Source of the DNA: a virus
Direction: 5' to 3' (one strand)
Length of the DNA: 64,000 nucleotides
IMG/VR virus record: IMGVR_UViG_3300000233_000009
Coordinates: 4,087-68,086 of that record
Below are positions 28,003-37,493 of this stretch, one piece after another (the first letter of the stretch is position 1; the number at the start of each line of letters is the position of its first letter). A program made the position numbers and the translations under genes. The notes beneath the pieces were generated by a model, which searched no databases, had not been told where the DNA came from, and was given only the letters and a program-made list of their open reading frames with translations.

Positions 28003-29418
28003 ATGAACCAAATTAAAAAATCTGAGACCTACAAACAGTTTATGTTTGAGATCCCTCACTTAATATTCAAAGAAGTTGCTATTGCCACAAATCAGTTAGT
28101 AGGTTTATCAAAAACCTCGTCTATGGTAGCACAGCTGTTTACGGCGTTGCCTATAAAGATTGAATTACGCTATATTGCAGATTTACCAAAACCTAGCAAA
28201 AAGCTTAACTGCTTAAATGAATATACAACTGCGTACTTAAAACATGATGATGCAACCACAATCAACATTGCGTTTTTCTACTCTTCTGAGAAACATATTA
28301 AACACATAGCTAAAGCAATTACAAAGTTCCCTACGTTCTTTGCTTATCTATATATGAGAGAGTCTTTAAAATTAACAAGATTGATGAACACTAAGACGCA
28401 CTACCAAATGATGTCAAGTATCATCAAAAGAAGTACACCAAAAATTCCTGTAGAAATGCATTATAGACTTGCTACAAAGGCAAATGAATATGCTATCAAT
28501 AACACTATTATGGAACTATTCAAAGTGTCTCCAATAGGAAATTTTATAAGTACCGTATTAGAAAATCAAAACTATAGCAAACAGTACGAGAATATGATGG
28601 AGCCCCAAATTCTTCCTATCATACTAACAAATCATACAGGAGAATACACCTTACTGGATGAGGTATTCTCAATAGACGAAGATTATCTAATATCAACAAA
28701 TCACCCTTTACTGGTAGAAGAACACATTATCACAGATCTAGGTGAGACCATTCAAAATCACTTAGGTAACATGGCTAGAGGAACTGTAACAGAGTCTATC
28801 TTCGCAGAAACATTCACAGCTAAGAAAGTTAATACTGGTTGGTTTAAAAAGCTCACAGCCAAATTCACTTCAGAGGTCTATCATATGACTGACGAGTTCT
28901 ACTCAGATTGGAGTAATATAAATCCAATATATAGACACATATACAAAGCGCCAGAAGAGCGTTATGAAAGTAATAAAATATCAATTGTACTTTCTATTGA
29001 CCATAGTGGTTCGGTGTCAACAGAAGGCTTAGAAAAGTTACTATATTTAGTAAATAGACAAGGTAAACGAATTGCTAATCTAATTGTACTAATACACGAT
29101 ACAGAAATAGTAAAAGAGTTTAACCTATCTTCTAATGATAACATCTCTGATGACCCAGAATTTAAAAGTGCTTTAGTAGGTCGATATGCTGCAGGAGGAA
29201 CTTCACATAAAGATGTGTTCTCTAGGATAGATGAACTTATCAAAAACAAAGAAGTAGACGAAAGAAAAACAATCTATGTATGTTTCAGTGATATGTACTC
29301 TGATATTCCTGAAGCTATTAAGGTATATCCTTCAGTTAAACGTTTAAGTCCTATATGGCTTAGTTGTGGAGAGTCTATACCAGAATTTTGTGGTGGTACT
29401 AACATTGCAATGCAGTAG
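28003..29418 (+). CDS. VWA-domain protein (N4 gp25-like partner of MoxR ATPase)
   Basis: MIDAS IDHSGS, GGTSH, CFSDMY. Confidence 0.8.
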   Translation: MNQIKKSETYKQFMFEIPHLIFKEVAIATNQLVGLSKTSSMVAQLFTALPIKIELRYIADLPKPSKKLNCLNEYTTAYLKHDDATTINIAFFYSSEKHIKHIAKAITKFPTFFAYLYMRESLKLTRLMNTKTHYQMMSSIIKRSTPKIPVEMHYRLATKANEYAINNTIMELFKVSPIGNFISTVLENQNYSKQYENMMEPQILPIILTNHTGEYTLLDEVFSIDEDYLISTNHPLLVEEHIITDLGETIQNHLGNMARGTVTESIFAETFTAKKVNTGWFKKLTAKFTSEVYHMTDEFYSDWSNINPIYRHIYKAPEERYESNKISIVLSIDHSGSVSTEGLEKLLYLVNRQGKRIANLIVLIHDTEIVKEFNLSSNDNISDDPEFKSALVGRYAAGGTSHKDVFSRIDELIKNKEVDERKTIYVCFSDMYSDIPEAIKVYPSVKRLSPIWLSCGESIPEFCGGTNIAMQ

Positions 29419-29914
29419 TTTTAACCAAATAAAAATAGGCCCATACGATTATGAGGGACTTGTTAAGTCCTTCATACGCCAAGACAGACATAGCGCATCA
29501 ACTGCAAGGAGGCGACTCTCTTATACAAGGGTACTACTAAAATCCTACAACACCGTAATTGCTAGGATAGACAAACCAAACAACGTCCTTTACATCACTA
29601 AGGAACGATACTCAAACACGACTAGTAGGCAAACACGTATACTCCTAGCCTTCGCAGAGGATTTGCATATATTTAACTCAACAGGGTTTAATTTAGGAGA
29701 GACTTACACAAACACAGAAGTAGCAGACTACTGGGAAAAGACGCGGGTACTTATTAGCAAATACATACGGGCTCGCTCAAACAAAGACCGTATTAAACAA
29801 CAAATACGCCAACACCACAACATGATCAAAAGTTATTGCACAATACACGACGAACTGTATAAAGTGCCTGAAGATATACTACGACTAATGTTCGTCAATC
29901 AACTCATTTATTAA
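29366..29914 (+). CDS. conserved phage hypothetical protein (start uncertain)
   Basis: KSYNTVIARID...YSNTTSRQ. Confidence 0.6.
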   Translation: MESLYQNFVVVLTLQCSSFNQIKIGPYDYEGLVKSFIRQDRHSASTARRRLSYTRVLLKSYNTVIARIDKPNNVLYITKERYSNTTSRQTRILLAFAEDLHIFNSTGFNLGETYTNTEVADYWEKTRVLISKYIRARSNKDRIKQQIRQHHNMIKSYCTIHDELYKVPEDILRLMFVNQLIY

Positions 29915-29924
29915 AGGAAGTAAC

Positions 29925-30887
29925 ATGACATTGCAATCAATAGCAAACGAGATTGATAAACTACAGCCAAATATGACACAATTCTGGGAAGATGTAGCAT
30001 CAAATACAATTACAATAGACAGTTTTGATAAACCTAATCTGTCTGCACTAGAACTATTTCAACTAGAGCTGTTATTAATATACAGTACAACACGTAGAAG
30101 CCGCTATATAGGACATGCGGAGGCCTTGCTAGTTGATAGAATATGGCGTAAGGCAAGACTAGAAATAGATACTATTAATAATCTGCAACTACACCTGGAG
30201 TACATGCCTCTACCGAACTTACCAATCAAGCACATTCCACCGCCAAGTCCCGAAACAATATTAGGGCATACTACAAACCCTAAACAATATCTTAACAGAT
30301 ACCTTAAACGTAAAATAGCTAAACCTATGTCAACAGCATATAGCATTACTATAACCGATGATGAAATGGCTCTTGCTATGTTCACTAACTGGATACAAGG
30401 AAAAACTCTAAATTCAGTACAAGCTTTAGACTTCGCTGAAAAAGTGCGAAGATTCCCACTGGATATTAAAAATAAGTATATTAATTTAATCCTAGAGAAT
30501 TGCCCTAATCCATCGATAGATCTACAAAAATACATAGCAAAGTATTTTTACGCCTCCTATTACAAAACTGCCGCTAGGGGGTATATCAGAAATTGTTCGC
30601 ATAGTGTTATAACCCTGCTAACTATTGCAGATACTGCGGATTCCGCTTACAAACCTTTTGTGTCTAATCTGACAACAAAGCCAATCGCCTCATTAAACGA
30701 GTACAAGTCTTTAGTAGCCATCCTATTAATGATGTATCAAACAAACACAGGCTCTGACAACTATAAGTCCGCTCTATTAAACTATTTAAACTTACCTGAG
30801 CACGATGTCTACCGTAATGAGACAAATACAATATTATCTACAGCAATTAGTCAAATACCTAAATTATTAAAGGACTTGCATGGATGA
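29925..30887 (+). CDS. hypothetical protein
   Basis: 320 aa, AAGGA RBS. Confidence 0.7.
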   Translation: MTLQSIANEIDKLQPNMTQFWEDVASNTITIDSFDKPNLSALELFQLELLLIYSTTRRSRYIGHAEALLVDRIWRKARLEIDTINNLQLHLEYMPLPNLPIKHIPPPSPETILGHTTNPKQYLNRYLKRKIAKPMSTAYSITITDDEMALAMFTNWIQGKTLNSVQALDFAEKVRRFPLDIKNKYINLILENCPNPSIDLQKYIAKYFYASYYKTAARGYIRNCSHSVITLLTIADTADSAYKPFVSNLTTKPIASLNEYKSLVAILLMMYQTNTGSDNYKSALLNYLNLPEHDVYRNETNTILSTAISQIPKLLKDLHG

Positions 30888-31590
30888 GCTCATTTACACA
30901 ATCAGCAAAAAACAGATTCTTACAACAAAAACAGCAAAGGAGTTAGAAGCTTTAGTTCGCAAATATATTAAAGAGCTAAATGTAGGGTCTTTATATAGAG
31001 CTGAAACAGCTGAAGAAATGATAACCTATAAACTAAGGTACAAACTTCTTGTATTAGCCTTGCAGCAGTACACTAAAAAGTCTAAAGTAAGACTGCCAGA
31101 CTTTATATACGACACAAGAATTCAAGCGCAACATCACATTTGGGCTAAGTATATCCATTTTCAAGACACAATCCCTCAATGTCTTGGGCCTTTAAATTCT
31201 TATTTGGTGGATATATTTGAATTCGATACTGAAGTAGAAATATCAATGCACCCTACTACAAAAATGTACATAGAACGAATGCATAAGATATTCAAAAATA
31301 GTCCTATACATTTTACTTTTGTGTGGAGGGAAGCAGTATCAAATTTTGACAGATATTCGACACCATTGAGTAGTATTACACAAAGCTACGTTAGAGCAAT
31401 CCGCTTTAAACAAATTTTGTCTCCAAACAAACATGACACAATTTTAGATCAATATTTAGCGTACCATAAAAAAATATACGAAGCTATCGAACAGACAGAA
31501 GATATTCAATCTGCCCTCATTCTGCTAGTGCAACAACAACAAGCATTAGAAACTTTACTGCAAGAGGGGCTTGGAGGACATAATGTCTGA
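30880..31590 (+). CDS. hypothetical protein
   Basis: 236 aa, coupled to both neighbours. Confidence 0.7.
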   Translation: MDELIYTISKKQILTTKTAKELEALVRKYIKELNVGSLYRAETAEEMITYKLRYKLLVLALQQYTKKSKVRLPDFIYDTRIQAQHHIWAKYIHFQDTIPQCLGPLNSYLVDIFEFDTEVEISMHPTTKMYIERMHKIFKNSPIHFTFVWREAVSNFDRYSTPLSSITQSYVRAIRFKQILSPNKHDTILDQYLAYHKKIYEAIEQTEDIQSALILLVQQQQALETLLQEGLGGHNV

Positions 31591-32071
31591 AGCAATTCTA
31601 CAGCTTACTTTAGTATCACAGTTACGTATGTTATACCCAGACGTCCTGATTAACTTATCTCTCAATGGAATCCCTCTTAATGGAATGCCTATCAAGCAAA
31701 AAGCGCAACTCATTAGAGAGTGCAAACGAAATGGTATGCATCCAGGAATGCCTGATCTAACGCTATATCTTCCTAATGGTAAAGTGTTAAACTTAGAACT
31801 TAAGAATCCTAAGGGAGGAGTTCAAAGCAAAGAACAATATACTGTACAAATTGCACTAGAAGCTCTAGGACACAATTACTACATCATCCATGATGTTAGT
31901 ACAGTCCTTAATTTAATAACATTTCTAACCTCCTTAGAATTTCGTAAATCGCAGTATGAGCAATTAGATATGCCAACAACAGCAACACTACAACAACCCT
32001 TTATGCATTGGGCTAAAGGCACACCAATAATAAAAATAATAAATACATTAAAAAGTATGTATAATATTTAA
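31583..32071 (+). CDS. VRR-NUC domain nuclease
   Basis: MSEAILQ, GMHPGMPDL, LELKNPKGGVQSKEQ. Confidence 0.85.
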   Translation: MSEAILQLTLVSQLRMLYPDVLINLSLNGIPLNGMPIKQKAQLIRECKRNGMHPGMPDLTLYLPNGKVLNLELKNPKGGVQSKEQYTVQIALEALGHNYYIIHDVSTVLNLITFLTSLEFRKSQYEQLDMPTTATLQQPFMHWAKGTPIIKIINTLKSMYNI

Positions 32072-32156
32072 ACTATTTATAAGAGTATACAACGAATAAA
32101 ATCTACTAAAAAGGATTAACTATGACATTCAGACCATATGGACAAAGGAGCTAATT

Positions 32157-32498
32157 ATGACTAAAGTAGAAATCTTAAGTAAAATAAGCCGTAAAAATAC
32201 TAAACTATTCAAAGAATGTCAGCACTACTTACCAAAAGAGGCTGCATTTATTGTAGTGACAATGGAATGTCATGCAGAATTTCCTACAATATTTATAGTG
32301 GTCTATAACAATAGTAGTCGCATAATTGATAGAAAACATATAGAGGGATATTATTCTCATGGAGTCCTAGGACCATCAAAAAACCCAAAATTAAAAGCTA
32401 TAATCTATAACCCCACTTTGGAATTTGTAGTTTTAACCCCTCAAGAGCTAGAAACTATTGAACATATAGATAACATAAACAGGTTATGTAATGATTGA
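32157..32498 (+). CDS. hypothetical protein
   Basis: 113 aa, AAGGAG RBS. Confidence 0.6.
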   Translation: MTKVEILSKISRKNTKLFKECQHYLPKEAAFIVVTMECHAEFPTIFIVVYNNSSRIIDRKHIEGYYSHGVLGPSKNPKLKAIIYNPTLEFVVLTPQELETIEHIDNINRLCND

Positions 32499-34320
32499 GC
32501 TAAAATTCAGACCGTATCAGTTAGACTATATAAACAACATACAAGTTGGTAAATCTAACCTACTAATCTCAACCATGAGAAGTGGAAAAAGTTTGATCTT
32601 AAAAGGTATCATTGATAAGTACTTTCAGGACAAAAAAGTACTAGTGTTAGTTGGTATTCGTCATGTCATCTTACAGTTATCCGCGTACTATACAGAGGAT
32701 CAATTCACTTTCATCCTTGCAGGAAAACCATTTGATTACAGTAAACACATTCATTTAGCCACATTTCAAACTTTACAACGTAGAGATATTGACCTATCAG
32801 AGTATGACCTAATCTGCATTGATGAAGTCCATATGCGTTTCAATACAGATATTGTAAAGGAGATAAGAGCACTATCTTGTACTCGTGTATACATGACTGG
32901 TACACCACTCAAACAGAACAATACATTCCTATCAGATGAATTTGACAATGTACTAGAGTATACCAATATCAAACAAATGATTGATGAGGGTTATCTTGCA
33001 CAAACAGCATTTATGTCTATTGGTAATATGTTGTCAGATGAATCACAACTAACTGTACGTAATGGAGACTATGCCAATGAGGATATTGATCGTATTATTG
33101 ACAGAACAGCACTTATTGAATGGCTGATAGAGGACAACATCAAGTACGGTTGGTCTACAGAACACAAGACAATCATGTATACCAACAGCATTGCAACTTC
33201 AGAACGAATCTGTAAACGTTTTAACTCGCCTGATGTACGTGTTATTCATTCCAATCTAAACAAATCTCAACTCAACTCAGTACTTGATTGGTTTGAATCT
33301 ACCGCAAATGGCATTATCATCAACTGTCGTATGCTAACAGTCGGCTTTGATAGTCCAACAGCAGATCGTGTGGTTTATCTACTACCTACCAAGATTCATT
33401 CACTATTCTTGCAATCCATATTTCGTGCATCAACTAAACATGGAGATAAACAAGCAATCATATATGATTATTCTGGAATGCTAAATCGTATCAATCCGTA
33501 CGACAATGAGTGGAAAAAACCTAAACTCTCTTGTAAGGAAAAGTGCCTTAGGCAGTACCCAACTGACCTTATGCAACAGTATTTCTGCATGGAAGGATGT
33601 AAATCTGATCAAATACTCGTACCGTGCATTGGCCAACTATCACCAAGCCTCAAAGACTACCATTTTATCAGCAACTACACAGTCTACGAAGGTACTCCAT
33701 GCATGGAATCACGCCCGTTATGGGATTACACCTACAAGGCAGTAGATATAGCACCAGGCCTAATCAGAAAGTGGACAAAATGTAAATGTGGCTGCATCAG
33801 TTACTATGATTTGCAAACACTAACAGCACCTGCAAAGATGATCCGTGTATACGATGACACTAAGCCTAACAATACAGTGACTATCCTGTACTCCCCAATA
33901 CATCGCAAGGCTATGGCGTTGTTTGACGATATCACCAAGTCACACTACATGATTCTAATGTTTGACAACTCAAACACGCTGTATACGCGTGCTATTGAAT
34001 TCTTCAACAACAAGCAATTCCAGATACTGTCTAGCCATGCCTTACCTAAACTACCTAACGTTACTGTTGATCCTGCACTTCAAGCTATGCTGCCATTAGT
34101 GCAATGGCATACAGATAATCAGGGATTTGTACGAGAGCTTATTCGTGTAAAACTAGCAGAACTCGTAAACAAGTTTGGTATAAAAAAAGGGTACACTTGG
34201 TACCAGATGCAAAATATTAATGACCCCAACCAAAAAAGTGTGCTAGTATTCCTCAATTCTGACAAGATTGAGTACAGAGCGTTTCTAAAATTTTTCAAAA
34301 AACTTCAACCAAAGGACTGA
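32491..34320 (+). CDS. superfamily 2 (DExH) DNA helicase with Cys-rich domain
   Basis: RPYQ, MRSGKS, IDEVH, MTGTP, LTVGFDSP, QSIFR. Confidence 0.88.
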   Translation: MIELKFRPYQLDYINNIQVGKSNLLISTMRSGKSLILKGIIDKYFQDKKVLVLVGIRHVILQLSAYYTEDQFTFILAGKPFDYSKHIHLATFQTLQRRDIDLSEYDLICIDEVHMRFNTDIVKEIRALSCTRVYMTGTPLKQNNTFLSDEFDNVLEYTNIKQMIDEGYLAQTAFMSIGNMLSDESQLTVRNGDYANEDIDRIIDRTALIEWLIEDNIKYGWSTEHKTIMYTNSIATSERICKRFNSPDVRVIHSNLNKSQLNSVLDWFESTANGIIINCRMLTVGFDSPTADRVVYLLPTKIHSLFLQSIFRASTKHGDKQAIIYDYSGMLNRINPYDNEWKKPKLSCKEKCLRQYPTDLMQQYFCMEGCKSDQILVPCIGQLSPSLKDYHFISNYTVYEGTPCMESRPLWDYTYKAVDIAPGLIRKWTKCKCGCISYYDLQTLTAPAKMIRVYDDTKPNNTVTILYSPIHRKAMALFDDITKSHYMILMFDNSNTLYTRAIEFFNNKQFQILSSHALPKLPNVTVDPALQAMLPLVQWHTDNQGFVRELIRVKLAELVNKFGIKKGYTWYQMQNINDPNQKSVLVFLNSDKIEYRAFLKFFKKLQPKD

Positions 34321-34321
34321 T

Positions 34322-34648
34322 ATGACTATCGTAGTATTAGAGTACGAAACAGCTACAGTGTATTATCACACTTTACCAATTTATTACTTGTCGCCATCGC
34401 AAATAGAAGACTATCTCTACTATGATTTGGGCTATTCATGTAACAACATCAACTGGATGGTAACTAAACCAATTACTTGTAAGTCGTGTAGACACTCAAC
34501 ACAGATACAGGAATTCTCATCGTTTAAACAGCAGTATGTTCTTGTTGATTGGTACACATGCCACAAAGGCACTTATATCAAATCAGACAATCACATGAAC
34601 CCACCAACCTTCGGGTGTAATCAACATCAACAAAAGGACTTAACATGA
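34322..34648 (+). CDS. hypothetical protein
   Basis: 108 aa, CKSCRH...FGCNQH. Confidence 0.55.
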   Translation: MTIVVLEYETATVYYHTLPIYYLSPSQIEDYLYYDLGYSCNNINWMVTKPITCKSCRHSTQIQEFSSFKQQYVLVDWYTCHKGTYIKSDNHMNPPTFGCNQHQQKDLT

Positions 34649-34929
34649 CAATATATTTAATCGAAGGCGAGTCTGGTGAGTATGAGAACATATACACTTG
34701 GGTCAGCCAAGCATTCACCGACAAGAAACTAGCGCAATCAACCATGGATAAGTGGCAACAGTATGCAACAGATAACTTTGACGATCGTTTTGACAATGAC
34801 GTAATTAACAACTCACCAGACCCATGTTTTACTGTGGATTACACGGGAACGAAGTATCGACTTATAGAAATAGAACTTATTACAGACGCATTTATGGAAG
34901 CTGTATTAACCAACAAAGGAATCTCATGA
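34645..34929 (+). CDS. hypothetical protein
   Basis: MTIYLIEGESGEYE; AAGGA RBS. Confidence 0.6.
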   Translation: MTIYLIEGESGEYENIYTWVSQAFTDKKLAQSTMDKWQQYATDNFDDRFDNDVINNSPDPCFTVDYTGTKYRLIEIELITDAFMEAVLTNKGIS

Positions 34930-35153
34930 TAATACAACCAAATGAACCATCATTAACTGTAACTTTTAACAAAGCTGAACTTGAATATATAATGAAAATC
35001 ACACAGGAATATCAGGGACATTATGATACTGAGGAATCTGACACTGATCATGAGATTCGTCAACAATTGTTTGTGGCCGTATCTATTGCCTTAGAGTATA
35101 ACATACGACCAAACAAAGTAATAAAAAGAACACCAAAATACACAAAGGGCTAA
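34926..35153 (+). CDS. hypothetical protein
   Basis: ATGA-coupled start MIIQPNEP. Confidence 0.55.
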   Translation: MIIQPNEPSLTVTFNKAELEYIMKITQEYQGHYDTEESDTDHEIRQQLFVAVSIALEYNIRPNKVIKRTPKYTKG

Positions 35154-35154
35154 C

Positions 35155-36120
35155 ATGAGCTTCATTCAAGCAACAGCAACACAATTGACCGATATCACTA
35201 TCAACGGCAAATCATTCACAAACGACCACGGAGTGCCTAAAGAAATGGCACTATTCGCAGCGTATCATTCAACTTTGTACTCAGGTAACCCACCTCGTGA
35301 AGGTAAGTTATCAACTACAACTATCATAGGACCACTTCGTAAAGCAATCTACGCAATACTTAACCCTGAATCAGCAACTATTGATGTAATGAAATTACTG
35401 GCATCAGCTAAGGGGATAGCGATGCATTCTGGCATGACAGCAGCACTAACTGCAGCTGACTGTGGATATGTATGTGAACAACGGATGGAAGCAGAGGTTG
35501 CTAATTGGAAAATATCTGGAGAGTTCGACATACTAACTCCTAATAAGCAAATCAAGGATCTTAAATTTGTGTCTAACTACAATCTCAAGAAACTACAAGA
35601 AGATCAAGCTAAACTAGAACCTGGGTTAACTCTTGAGCAGATGTATGAGCAACTACCAACTTACTTTAAGTATCAAGCACAGCTGAGTATTTACTACTAT
35701 CTACTCAACGACCATGAAATCAAGCCTTATGGGTCTATCATCTTCAGCCTTAACAACGGTTCTGATATGGGCAAATATACAATAGACTCTGAAGTTACGT
35801 TCCCATTGTGGCCTCGTGAACTTACTGAGCAATTCATTACAGATCGTATTAAACTCATCAAGCAACACTTAGCTAACGGAACTTTGCCTGAATGCAGTCC
35901 TGCTGAACGAGGATATAATCCACCAAGCTACAAGCTGTCTAGGATGGGACCTTCTGGAAAGATGTCAACTGTTCGAGGCTCTATTCACAATAACGAATCT
36001 GAATTTAGGGCTTTTATACGTAAATCTGGCAAACCTGGCGATCAGGAAATTATCGAACCTGCTAAATATATATTATGCAATTACTGTAATTTTGCAAATA
36101 TATGTACACAAGGATTTTAA
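35155..36120 (+). CDS. PD-(D/E)XK (Cas4-like) exonuclease
   Basis: GIAMH, ISGEFD...IKDLK, QLSIY, C-terminal CNYCNFANIC. Confidence 0.82.
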   Translation: MSFIQATATQLTDITINGKSFTNDHGVPKEMALFAAYHSTLYSGNPPREGKLSTTTIIGPLRKAIYAILNPESATIDVMKLLASAKGIAMHSGMTAALTAADCGYVCEQRMEAEVANWKISGEFDILTPNKQIKDLKFVSNYNLKKLQEDQAKLEPGLTLEQMYEQLPTYFKYQAQLSIYYYLLNDHEIKPYGSIIFSLNNGSDMGKYTIDSEVTFPLWPRELTEQFITDRIKLIKQHLANGTLPECSPAERGYNPPSYKLSRMGPSGKMSTVRGSIHNNESEFRAFIRKSGKPGDQEIIEPAKYILCNYCNFANICTQGF

Positions 36121-36121
36121 C

Positions 36122-36481
36122 ATGCCCACATTATTAAGTAAAGAGTTATTAAGCGAAGTGCTTGAAAATAAAAAGGTAAAAGAAATATATGAAATTGGAA
36201 GCAATCCAAATGTTGGTGACAATACACTTCTGTATAGTCTACAAAGTTTTGAAGACATTCAAGACATTAACATCTTTGAGCTGGCAGATAAGTGTAAAAA
36301 GTGGGCTTATAAGTTAGATGAATGGATTATAGAATCTGGTGTAACAGAAGAGGCGTATGCTAATTTATATGGAAGATATTCATGTTCAGATGATGAACCA
36401 ATTGAAACATTTAGTGAAGACACAGAAGTAGGAGCTATATTTAAAGCAGCACAATGGATTTTAGATAATAAGGATAAATAA
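36122..36481 (+). CDS. hypothetical protein
   Basis: start MPTLLSKELL; INIFELADKCKKWA...EVGAIFKAAQWIL. Confidence 0.65.
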   Translation: MPTLLSKELLSEVLENKKVKEIYEIGSNPNVGDNTLLYSLQSFEDIQDINIFELADKCKKWAYKLDEWIIESGVTEEAYANLYGRYSCSDDEPIETFSEDTEVGAIFKAAQWILDNKDK

Positions 36482-36960
36482 TGGAACAAATCAAACTATC
36501 AATCAGCAATGGCCAATGGAAGCAAGCAGTGGCTCAAGTCAGGGATCATCATCTTGATATTGATGTCATCTTACAAGCTATACAGGACGATCCTGACATG
36601 CACGTAGACTACTTACGGCTGATACGTTGCATGATTTCTTTCGGCTATTTAATAGTCAACAACAACTACGACAAGGAGCAACCACTAATACGTATAGATA
36701 TTGAGCGCTATGGCGAGGACATTGATGGCAATCGAGGCACAAACATCATTAATTACAAATTCGAGGACGATGACATACAAGAAATTGAATCACAGATACT
36801 TGAGTACATTCAAGCTACAAAAGAACTGCCTAATAAGAAATTCACTGTGTACTTAATCGATCCTTACAGTGAGGATACAGTAGAGTTCGACATAAATCCT
36901 TTCAAGTATATTGCTAAATCAGGATGCCTTGAGTATTTAGCTGATTGTCTGGAGGACTAG
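36481..36960 (+). CDS. hypothetical protein
   Basis: 159 aa acidic. Confidence 0.6.
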   Translation: MEQIKLSISNGQWKQAVAQVRDHHLDIDVILQAIQDDPDMHVDYLRLIRCMISFGYLIVNNNYDKEQPLIRIDIERYGEDIDGNRGTNIINYKFEDDDIQEIESQILEYIQATKELPNKKFTVYLIDPYSEDTVEFDINPFKYIAKSGCLEYLADCLED

Positions 36961-36961
36961 T

Positions 36962-37471
36962 ATGAAAAACAATACTTTTAATCATACTATTAATATAGGA
37001 GATTCAATAACTTACGAAAAAACTTCAACCGTTGACAATATACAAATGGTAATAACTTTAAAAGATGGCACAGAATTAATAAAACCATATGTACCAGTAT
37101 CTGTACAAACTCAACAGACAGAAATAAATACTGCCTGGAAGATACCAACTGTAGCAGTATTACTAGATATAAATAAAACTATACCAATAGTTAATATTAA
37201 ATCAGAAGATGATAAACCAACTTACTGGTTTTGGTGTAACGATATTTCAGCACATAATCCTAATTCAGAAGTAGAGCTAGCAGTTCATTTTAAATTAAAT
37301 AAAATAAATGTAGAATATAAAGATCAAGCAATTGTAGAATTGCTTGTATATAGAATAGTTGATTCTGGCTATGAGATTTATTTAATACCGCATAGTATAC
37401 TTGATAAGTCATACTCTAAACTAGTAGAAAAACTCAACAACTTAAACAGTATTGAAGAAATACCTTTTTAG
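36962..37471 (+). CDS. hypothetical protein
   Basis: 169 aa, GGAGG RBS, AT-rich. Confidence 0.6.
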   Translation: MKNNTFNHTINIGDSITYEKTSTVDNIQMVITLKDGTELIKPYVPVSVQTQQTEINTAWKIPTVAVLLDINKTIPIVNIKSEDDKPTYWFWCNDISAHNPNSEVELAVHFKLNKINVEYKDQAIVELLVYRIVDSGYEIYLIPHSILDKSYSKLVEKLNNLNSIEEIPF

Positions 37472-37493
37472 TAATTAAAGTAAAAGGAACAAC

